Shown piece by piece: positions 54,274 to 64,000 of a stretch of 64,000 nucleotides of DNA. Location of the stretch: assembly GCF_964204645.1 (NCBI RefSeq), contig NW_027437464.1:17001-81000 (forward strand). The letters are read 5' to 3'. The notes beneath the pieces were generated by a model. The model was not told the DNA's origin and made no database searches. It worked only from the letters and a program-made list of their open reading frames with translations. Numbering within the stretch: the first letter of the stretch is position 1; each line of letters starts with the position of its first letter. Position numbers and translations under genes: made by a program. This DNA is from Tubulanus polymorphus (taxonomy: Eukaryota; Animalia; Nemertea).

Positions 54274-56129
54274 GCGCTGTTTATCGCCTGACCCACGTAC
54301 ACAGTATATATAGCGACGCACTCATCCGCCGCGCGCGTGCATATATATTCCCCACCTACTCAATTCTGTTCTACCAAGTCATCATATTGTGTTACAACGC
54401 GCTGGCGGGTGGAAAATTGGACATCGCCGAAAAAGGAAAAAAAATCGGAATTTTGTATACCCGATCGTATCGTCGGAATTTCTTCACGCAAATCGGGAGG
54501 ATTCCGAATAATTCGGGAGGGTTGGCAGCCCTGTCTCCACTTCCTCCGAGTTTTCCTTGCCTCCCTTTCGCTTAAATGATCAATTGGCGTGTAGAGTTTA
54601 TCTTCTTTGTATTTTCGTTTCCGATCCTCCAAATATTGAGTTCGGCGCTGCGGATCAGCATTTCGTTTCTCCCTATAGCGCCGCATTTTTTCTTTTGCAG
54701 AGAGAGGCATGGCTCCCTTACAATAAAATCGGTATGCCTTGTGGAAAGTTACTGAAATATATAATAAGACTAATTAATTTCAAAAATATTTTTAACATCT
54801 TTTCATTGCTTATTAAAACACATTAGAAAAGGCCAGTAGAAAACAAGATCTATCTTTTGTGTCTTTGTTGTTACCTAGTGTCTTTGGTGTTACCAATATC
54901 AACCTGTATTTCGGTTACCCCAAAGACAGTCTACACCGAGGACAAAACCTACGAGAATGCACCTAATGCAGCACCGTATTAATGGAGGCGTGATGATTCT
55001 GAGAAAACCTTTATATTAATCAATCAATAATATGTACAAAGTTATTTTGTAAACTTAAAAATGAATTCTATCGAAGCTATATTGATAACACCAAAGACAG
55101 CATTAACTTTCACAGTTCTAAACCCGGACATTTATAAAGATTTTTTGGAAAACATGAACTTACAGAAATTTCCACGTTTCCTTCTTTCTGTACGGGTTTA
55201 AGAAGCGCCATCTGTCCCGCCAAAACTTTATGGTTGAATGAATATATGCTTGCCACAGGTTGATTTTTTGAGGTGAGTAACCCCAAAGACATTTTATCTA
55301 GCACAATAAATTAAAGTAATTTTTTACAGGTAAGGAATGTCGATGTATCTTAAACAAATATATCTCCTTAAATAACACACCTAGGGACATATCACCATTA
55401 AGATTAGTGATTTTACTATGATTGAATTACAGCTAGGAAATCTGCGAATGAATAAACCACAATACTGCACACAGTAACTCCAAAGACATTTGGGGGGTAA
55501 ATGGTCCCCTTATATTAAGCGGGTGGGTCATAAGGTCAAAAACAATTGCTAAATGTGTCAAACAGTCTCCCGTCAATAGTTATTTGGTTCAATGTCACCA
55601 TTTGAACCAATCAGTATCTATCAATTGTGCATGCACATAAATTTCACATTTTTTGTAGAATGTCCCATATAATCGTTAGAAAGAGGTTCCACTGTAACTC
55701 AAACCGAAATACGGAAGGAGCAATTCATATACCTTGATTTGTTTAGTTAGGACTTCTCGATGTATCTCTTGATGTGTTTTTTTTCTTTTTATGGCCTTCC
55801 GCTGTTTTACGACTTACTAATTTCCCATTTCAGCAGTCAAGCAGACAGTATCTTCTGTCCAATTCCTAAATCAGATGGGTAGAATATATATACATATTGA
55901 TTATGAAATAATTGGGTAATAATCTTGGCTATTGGTCAGTCCCTCTATAGTGATACGGATTAACCGATGTGCGTGTACTTTTCTTAATCGATGGGACTCC
56001 GGCACTCCAGCTATCCCGTCAGCAGGCGCGCGATGATAGTACGACTGACAAACCTTGAAGTGGCTGCACAATTCAATAGAAATCGTACACAATACATTTA
56101 AAAAGGCGTCAATAGCTCGAAATTCTTCA

Positions 56130-56319
56130 ATGCCAGGCCATTGTTGTGTACCCAGATGCGTCGGAAAAGGTGGTCATCGTTTTCCAAAGGACGAACAACT
56201 AAAAATACGGTGGATTCAAGCTGTGAAAAGGGGTGAGCCCGGTTGGCTTCCGAAAGCATGGACGACCGCGTGTAAGTCCCATTTCGACGGAGGCGATTAC
56301 ATCTTGCAAACTAAAGAAA
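56130..56319 (+). CDS. THAP zinc-finger exon (probably transposon-derived; rest of gene not found)
   Basis: MPGHCCVPRC...HRFPKD...RWIQAVKR...W.P....ACKSHF is a C2CH THAP signature, followed by a GTAAGT donor. Confidence 0.8.
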
Positions 56320-57282
56320 GTAAGTTAAAAGAACCATAACACATGTTTTAATGTGAATACTGAATTGCCTGTATCTAAACTGATTTTCTTATTTGCTTAT
56401 TTGGTTTAAAAAAGCAATCCAGCTCTTGCTACAATGAACAAAACCGTACACTTTAACCCTCAGAAATCAATAGATCTGAGTGCAACGCCGGTGCACTATT
56501 AACCGCTGTTGCAACATGCATCACCGCTTTGAATACTTTTTTGCTATTAATTTATTCATTTTCAAAAATGCCGTGACGAGGGGGACAGGTCTTTATTTTT
56601 ACCTCTCTTTAAAAAAAGATGAAATCAAAAGGGCATATTCCAAATTCAAAAAGTAACGAGGGCAACTATTTATCAAATGGGGAAAATTCAGGCTGAAATA
56701 CTCAACTGCCACCATGAAGAAAACCATGAAAAAAGTGTGATCAGGTTGTTTATCATGGAATGTTTTACTTATTCAAAAAAGGGGAACAAAAAAAGATTTC
56801 TGCATGTGCGATGCGCATTTTATTTTTGTTTTTCACTGACAAACTATTTTTTGATGAGCGCAGAAAATGAAACTGATGAGAAACAAGCAATTTTTTTGCA
56901 TGGCCTAATTCTCCGTCGTTTCGGTCTCACTAGTAGGGATCCAATGAGATATGCACGCATGCGCCGAACACTCAGTTGCACGAGCGCCATTTTCGCTTTG
57001 CGAACGCTCTAAAAATTATTGCGGATAATTTCGTTAATTTTCGCAGTATAATCGCAGATTATACGATTTGTGTTCGTGGAACATGGATAATAAAGAATCG
57101 GGAAGTGTTTTAAACACTTCTCGCGATATGAACAGCGCACCGTGTTCAGATAATCGCGCCAAAGGCGCGGTCGCTAGTAACAACACAGCAGCAGGAAGCC
57201 GCAATAATGGCGGCTCTTCGGGAGCTAGCGGGAAAAAGCCAGAGCTTAAAAAACGCAGTAGCTCGCGGAGCTCTGCTGGTTC

Positions 57283-57838
57283 TGTTGTGGGCTTGCTTTC
57301 GGTTCTCCAACAATGTTGTGGGGTTGAGTTTCTCAACCAATTGTTGTGGGGGCCACGTTGCGTTCTCCCCTCGTGTTGTCGTTGTTGGCTCCGATTAATC
57401 CGATAAGTGATATCCCTCTGACTCCGGAATAATAACAACTCTTCTCGTGGGTCTACGTTCTTTCTTTATTTTCCCGCACAATTCTTATTCCTTCCTACAG
57501 CTCGTATTTTTAGGCTTCTCCGCCACTCTAGCATCTCTCTCCCCCTTACTGTGCTGACCCTCCCTTTTTATCTTATTTCATGTTACTCGTGACGTATACT
57601 TCTACATATGTTATACGTCACGAGTTTATTACTTGTTTACTTCCTAGCCATACCAGAGCTCAAGGCTGCCGCTATAACCAGCAACCCTACGCAGATACTC
57701 ACGTCACTTTCACCTATCTTCTATTCAGTGTCTTGTGTGCGACGTAAGCATCTACGTAGTTTGTTTACTAACTTCAGCCACTGCCCTGAACTCTGGCTTC
57801 CCTCCCTCTATGCAAACTACTAATTTATCACCCCAATA
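57283..57838 (-). repeat. 3' LTR
   Basis: Direct repeat of 60742-61297, with 2 substitutions seen. Confidence 0.95.
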
Positions 57839-57852
57839 CTATCCTCCTCCCC
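57839..57852 (-). other. Polypurine tract
   Basis: GGGGAGGAGGATAG directly abuts the 3' LTR. Confidence 0.85.
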
Positions 57853-60730
57853 AGACGATTGGTCCCCAATCGCCAAAAAGTCACAAGACCCTATTGTAGT
57901 TTCCCCACAAAAAAAAATCTTTTCAAAAGTGCACAGGCTTCAGAACATCATTTATAAGCAACATCTCTTACAACTTAAAGCCAGTCGCAGGGTAATGAAA
58001 ATTACACAAAACCTTCAGAACATCAAGACTAATGATACACAACCACCATTCCGTACATCAATTTACAACACCTGTAAAGTAGCCATAAATCACAATTTCT
58101 GACCCTTTCCCCTATTATCCCATCCCGCATAACTTCTACCTAAACTAAGCAACACACCCCACTCATCATCAGTTCATCTTATTCATCAACGAGACCTACA
58201 TGGACCCCATAGAATTTTACGGTAAGCCAAAAAAAATTTCTAAATACTTATAAACTTAACACACGAACTTTATCTAAGGGAAAGCAATCATCTACAAATA
58301 TCAAATATGAGACTCTTTTCATCAGTAATATATAACAATTATGAGGCATGTACATCTGTATATTGATCTTACATTTAATGAGAACAAGCCTATACAATTG
58401 TAGTCATGCAAAAAAAAACATATCAAACACAACTTCCCAAATAGCTTTCATAGACAATCACCAACCACCAACATGACCAACCACTTCAACTTTCTGACTC
58501 TTCTCGTTCTCGTTATCTTTACCAAAAAAATAATCAGTGTGTGCAGCCTAATTTGTCTTTAAAATTACCATTGCAAACACGTCAATTTCCCACTGTCCAA
58601 ACTATCAGCCGTTACCTTAACCGATATCAGATGATTTGTCAAACCTGTCCCGACCCCAATCAACGACGTAAATTAATACAGATGCCAGATACATCATTTA
58701 GTTGATTATTATGTGCCCAGCACACGTTGGCAACATACATGCTCAACAATGAATTCACAAACAATTTCATAATAATTTTTCTATGTGTACGTAACATAAA
58801 GGTAAGCCAAAACATACCAAAAATGAATATACCGCATGCGTACATTCGCATTATTGAGATGTCAGCTGCTAGTCCCCACCCATTTCCTCAGAAAGCACAT
58901 TTATCCGTAGTCTAGGCAGGGATAACATGAACTGCTATTTGCGGCTTGGAACCGTTGAAATAGACAGACAGGCCGCCATATATTTATGGAAGGATGTCAT
59001 AAAGTGACCACAAAACTCATTAAGATGCATCACCCAAAAGTTAGGGAAAATTCCTCTGGACACTACTCATTCAGTGCCATTCAAACAGCCGATTCTCAAA
59101 AATTAACTTTAACTCCTGGGCCTATGGTCTTCCAAACCACCCACATCTGATATTCGAATTGTTCTAATTCCTTCCCGCAAATCAGGGGATATAACCCCAC
59201 ATGTAAAACGGCCGACGCCTCATCCTGTATATAAACCGGTCAAGACGGACTGAAAGTTCGGAAAAAAAACATAGCGCTCACACATCCCTGCAATCTACGA
59301 CCATTCAGTTAAGATACCCAATCTACCGAATAATACTTATCATACTTATTGTATTACGCAATGAGCAACCCTTTACTTCTAAAAAACCAATCCCCTGAAT
59401 GGCCATTTCAGTATACCTAACAAATAGCTGTATCGTGGCATTTCTCATTTCCGTATCATCCCCCATGTCACGCCTTACCGGAGTAAAATAAAATCAATGG
59501 ATAAATAGGGAACCGGCCGACGAATCACCCATTTGGTATTTCTTGATATTCGACCCTAATAATGTCCAACATATATATCCAATCTTTCCCAGAGGCTAGC
59601 CACTAAACATTATACTGTTTCAAAGGATCTTCAGAATTATTCCTTCGGGCTATAATCCCCCGTTTTAATCCGGACCATCCCTAGAGCATCCCTTACTCTT
59701 CATCCAGGTCCCTTGTCCACCTTAATTCATCTCATATAAACTACTCTATTCAAACCCCCTCCGGTAAGATTCACCACTGAGCGCCCAATCTAACCTTTGC
59801 ACAATAAACATATTCTATACTAACTCGCGATACTCATTATATTTCTTAAAACCACATAAACACCACAGTTATTTGTTAGGTATATACAGGCAGTGAGCGC
59901 TTTCACTTATCGTTACACTGATAACCAAGTGGTTTACCTAGACTAATAAATCATTCTTTCGCGAAATACCATCCAGCAAATTTAGCAAACTATAAAAGAT
60001 TTACGTAGTGCATATTTATATCTACGTAGATACAATAACCCAGCACACAAGCAACTTAAAAACGCTGAGTATCATTCTACAAAAGCAATCAAAACATGCA
60101 GAAATACATATCATATTATTTACAATTACTATAAGCCGCAATCGTAGTCCGTTGAACGTCTCCAAGGTCGATTTCCCGTAGCAGATCTATGAACTGTCCG
60201 ATGATGAAATGCGTTTGTATAATGCCTCTAATACTCCACTGTTTTTCATTTATCGCGCTATGATCGCAGAATCACTTCGTTTCCGAACGCCATTATGTCC
60301 GTTAATTCACACGAATCTAAATTCGGAGTCGTAAATTCAATTTGCTGCCATGTAAAACGTAGTGTCCAAAACACGATCTTACGAAAACGCCACACCAAAT
60401 CGGATAATTCAATTAATTTAAATATGGAAAGAAACAACTACTTTCCGCACTGGAAGCTCTATAATTCATTTCAACTGAATCTGACGATATGAAGATTACA
60501 TATTTCTCGAATAAGACAAACAAACAGCTATTAAATCCAGACGGGAATGATTTTTATACACAGATCGAGTTATCCGCAATATTTCAACTTAACCCGCGGT
60601 AGCGGCCCGTATTTCATGTAATTATAACGGTTACGGAATGTAACGTTCATCTTACACTTTTACTTCACCCCTGCTCACTCACCAAATATACACGATCGCT
60701 TGGCAGCGAGAGGTGCAGGATACACCACTG

Positions 60731-60740
60731 TTCTCCACCA
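60731..60740 (-). other. Primer-binding site (tRNA-Ala type)
   Basis: TGGTGGAGAA lies 1 nt from the LTR and is complementary to the tRNA-Ala 3' end (...TTCTCCACCA). Confidence 0.8.
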
Positions 60741-60741
60741 A

Positions 60742-61297
60742 TGTTGTGGGCTTGCTTTCGGTTCTCCAACAATGTTGTGGGGTTGAGTTTCTCAACCAAT
60801 TGTTGTGGGGGCCACGTTGCGTTCTCCCCTCGTGTTGTCGTTGTTGGCTCCGATTAATCCGATAAGTGATATCCCTCTGACTCCGGAATAATAACAACTC
60901 TTCTCGTGGGTCTACGTTCTTTCTTTATTTTCCCGCACAATTCTTATTCCTTCCTACAGCTCGCATTTTTAGGCTTCTCCGCCACTCTAGCATCTCTCTC
61001 CCCCTTACTGTGCTGACCCTCCCTTTTTATCTTATTTCATGTTACTCGTGACGTATACTTCTACATATGTTATACGTCACGAGTTTATTACTTGTTTACT
61101 TCCTAGCCATACCAGAGCTCAAGGCTGCCGCTATAACCAGCAACCCTACGCAGATACTCACGTCACTTTCACCTATCTTCTATTCAGTGTCTTGTGTGCG
61201 ACGTGAGCATCTACGTAGTTTGTTTACTAACTTCAGCCACTGCCCTGAACTCTGGCTTCCCTCCCTCTATGCAAACTACTAATTTATCACCCCAATA
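60742..61297 (-). repeat. 5' LTR (TATTG...CAACA on the minus strand)
   Basis: Direct repeat of 57283-57838. Confidence 0.95.
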
Positions 61298-62392
61298 GTT
61301 CGAAGAAAAAATCAGTCGGCTGCCCGACCGAGGAAGGGATTAGGCTGACGATTAATGATCATAATAACAATAAGGACGACAGTTTGAAGAAGATTGAATC
61401 GATGATGCAATCGATTGCGCAATCGCAGAAGGAACTGGCAAGTAAGGTGGATATTATGTGGAATTCCGGTGTAGACCCGGAGTTCGAAGATTATTCTTCT
61501 GAACAGGACTTGTTCATTACACAGTTCTACAACCCACACTCAATGTCGTGTTCTGACGATGAGGATAATCAGCCTCATGAGTGTCAGCCACCTGGAAAAA
61601 AGGCCATAATTGAACCTGAAGCGTCGAGTTCATCTGCACTCTACGCCGGTATTCGATCGAAGTTGAGAAAGTCCGATAAGACATCTACTGCAGTGGATGG
61701 TGAGTTAGCAGAAATCGTAAATAGGCTATTTCGTGATGGAATAGACGAAGATGCATATAAATCGTTGGCTCAACAATATGACAGACCGGAAAATTGCGAG
61801 ACACTCTGTCAGGTTAGATTAAATCAATTGATTTGGGAAATAGCATCGGCTAAAGCGACATCTCTGGACTCGCGAATGCAAGTCATTCAAAACTGTTTTG
61901 CTAAAGCAGGTACATGTTTAGCACAAAGGAGCTCAAAACTTGAGATGCGACCCATTACAGGGACTGATTGTCTTAATGAAATTACAAACGCACTTGCGTT
62001 TCTAGGTCATGGATTTCATGGACTGTGTTTGAGAAGAAGAGAACTTTTGAAACCAGAGCTTAGACTATGCGCATTTATGCTCTGCGACGTTACCGTACAC
62101 CGAAGAACTTTTCGGTGGTGATATTGAAAAAACGGTTAAGGATATCCGAGATGTAAACAAAGTCGGATCCCACATTCGTCAAGGCTCAGTTTTTACTCGT
62201 GGCCGGGAATTCTCCTTTTCTCGAGGAAGGGGAGGCGGACAGTCTGGTGGTTATAACAGTGCTGGGAACTATAGAAATTTAAACTTTCGCCGGGCTCGAA
62301 TGAGTGGCGCATTCGGGCCGAGGGGAAGAGCCAGTCAGACAAACCAGTCGAAATACAGTCTTTACGGAAAGAAAATGACGAAAAATCAGTAA

Positions 62393-64000
62393 ATCAGGTA
62401 AGCCCTGTTTTTACTAACCCACCAACAGTTACTAACAAATATATAGCCGGAAATTTAAGGCATTATATGAATAAATGGAGGATGCTTACGTATGATAAAT
62501 TTATTTTGGACACAGTCTATGGATATAAACTAGAGTTTAATAGCCTACAGCTCCCACGGCAGGCATTCATATTTAGGGAACTTAATTTCTCTGAAAGTGA
62601 AAGGATAGTTATCCGTGGGGAACTTAAGAACTTTCAGGAAAAAGGAATTATAGAGACAACATGTCATTCAGACGGCGAATTTTTGTCGAATATTTTTATC
62701 AGACCAAAAAAGGAAGAAGGTCAATTTAGAGTAATCCTCAATCTGAAACGTTTAAATGAGAATATAGCTTACCATCATTTTAAGATGGATACATTTGAAT
62801 CAGTCGTCAAACTGATTACTACAGGTTGTCTTATGCAAACTGTGGATATTAAAGACGCATATTACTGTGTTCCAGTAGCAGTTGAGGATAGGAAATATTT
62901 ACGATTTAAATTCGAGGATACACTTTATCAATTTACGTGCATTCCGAATGGACTTGCATCAGGCCCTCGGGTTTATACAAAAATAGGCAAGCCCGTCTTT
63001 TCAGCTCCAAGACAAATGGGTGTTACTATCTCAACTTACATTGATGATGGGATTGTTATCTCGATTTCGGATGAGCAAGCTTCATTTTCTGGTAATGCTA
63101 CCACAAGTCCCCTAGAGGAAGCAGGATATATTATCAATTATGAAAAATCTAAACTTGAACCGGCATCTGAACGAGAATACCTTGGGTTTATTATAAATTC
63201 GCTGCTCATGACTGTGCAGCTCACAGATAGACGAAAGAAAGGTATCATAGAATGTTGTACTTTCTTATTACAGAATGTCACAGTTGCTATCAGAATGGTG
63301 GCAAGAACCCTGGGGCTCTTGGTGGCAGCATTACCAGGGATGTAGTACGGGCAACTCCACTACCGGTTAACAGAAAGAGAAAAAATTCAAGCATTAAGAA
63401 TGCAAGGAGGTAGTTATGATGCAAATATGAGCTTATCTGAACAGGCTAAGATGGAATTAGCTTGGTGTATTAAAGAAATTCCCACAGGGCACAAGAGAAT
63501 TGCTCGAGAGAACCCTAGTACTGAAATCTTTACAGATGCTTCTTTCGCAGGTTGGGGCGCATCTATGAAGGGTAATAAAACAGGGGGTAGGTGGACCCCA
63601 TATGATATAGTGATCGGAAGAGACTCTATTAATTATCTAGAACTCTTGGCTGGATTTCTAGCACTGAAGTCATTTTGCGGAGATATGGATAACGTACATG
63701 TCCTTCTCAAGATGGATAACACTACTGCCATTTCATATATTAACCACATGGGGGGTTCACAATCACCCCAGCTTAATGCATTGGCATTAGATATTTGGGA
63801 ATGGTGTATAGAGAAAAAGCTGTGGATTTCAGCAGCACATATACCAGGGCATCTCAATGTAGATGCAGATTTCGAGAGCAGGCATTTTCATGACCAAACC
63901 GAATGGATGCTCAATACACAGGTCTTTAATCAATTAATATATTATTTTGGAGAGTTAGAGATTGATCTCTTTGCGTCAAGAGCTAATGCTCAACTGCCAC
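62393..64000 (+). pseudogene. DIRS pol: reverse transcriptase, RNase H and start of a methyltransferase-like domain; one in-frame stop
   Basis: FRVILNLK, DIKDAY, PNGLASGP, YIDD; TAG at 63343-63345; then FTDAS.GWG, INYLEL, DNTTA, HIPGHLNVDAD and IDLFAS. Confidence 0.92.

Larger units (their letters stand above)
50036..54533 (-). mobile_element. hAT DNA transposon with a 6-bp TSD
   Basis: 14-bp TIR CAGGGCTGCCAACC; TSD TCTCCA; removing it restores the Sola2 reading frame (RRKWR-RSKRQYR). Confidence 0.9.
47550..54710 (-). pseudogene. Sola2 transposase (disrupted)
   Basis: Motifs HCDFSENY, ISDNTKHD, FSDGPTTQYRQ and WHFLESGHGKGAADGIG, plus a C-terminal Tudor-like segment. Exon 1 (from 54710) is split by the hAT; intron ~49934-49693; stops and frameshifts near 49040, 48627 and 48540. 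Confidence 0.85.
46578..55666 (-). mobile_element. Sola2 DNA transposon, full length, interrupted by a hAT
   Basis: ~27-bp TIR GGGACATTCTACAAAAA(T/A)TGTGAAATT; 4-bp TSD ATAT; recurrent subterminal TAACACCAAAGAC motifs. Confidence 0.88.
57283..61297 (-). mobile_element. Non-autonomous LTR retrotransposon (LARD-like, probably Gypsy-dependent)
   Basis: Two 556-bp LTRs; 4-bp TSD GTTC; PBS and PPT present; 2.9-kb internal region with no long ORF. Confidence 0.9.
57083..62392 (+). pseudogene. DIRS gag (ORF1), split by an LTR element and frameshifted
   Basis: 57083-57282 joins in frame to 61302 after removing the insertion. Motifs YDRPENCETL, RRRELLKPEL, then after a frameshift at ~62060, DYAHLC...LFGGDIEK and an RGG-rich tail. 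Confidence 0.85.
56905..64000 (+). mobile_element. DIRS-type (tyrosine-recombinase class) retrotransposon, running off the window
   Basis: gag followed by RT, RNase H and the start of an MT-like domain. The 5' boundary is approximate, and the recombinase is not in the window. Confidence 0.85.

Noticed and set aside
54360-54533. C-terminal half of the 116-aa ORF
   Set aside because: Read-through of Sola2 exon 1 into the hAT terminus; not a genuine protein.
57608-57823. Signal-peptide-like 71-aa ORF duplicated at 61067
   Set aside because: Antisense within the LTRs; the duplication is explained by the LTR pair.

Overview
Eukaryotic, AT-rich, almost entirely repetitive DNA, probably from a bilaterian invertebrate (spliceosomal introns; animal-type Sola2, hAT, DIRS and Helentron elements). 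I found no intact host gene. Bases 1-14194 are repeated near-identically at 27263-43903. Both copies end at a (TA)n tract, and the 29.65-kb interval between the two tracts (14253-43903) has imperfect inverted termini, which suggests a giant tandemly repeated element. That unit holds: nested non-autonomous Helentron-type (HINE/DINE-1-like) elements whose 154-bp internal repeats carry CTCF-like motifs and which have expanded into 1.8-2.4-kb higher-order repeats; a TG...CA LTR-like 2.6-kb insert with a tRNA-derived head and a 63-bp double-hairpin array; and a decayed CACTA/EnSpm element with a BEN-domain gene. The right third is a stack of transposons: a CACTA transposase pseudogene, a P-type MITE, a Sola2 element interrupted by a hAT with a 6-bp TSD, a THAP exon, and a DIRS retrotransposon whose gag is split by a young non-coding LTR element. 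Paralog comparisons show TA-to-TAGGCCTA insertions that look like transposon excision footprints. All calls were made by eye, and boundaries of the older elements are approximate.
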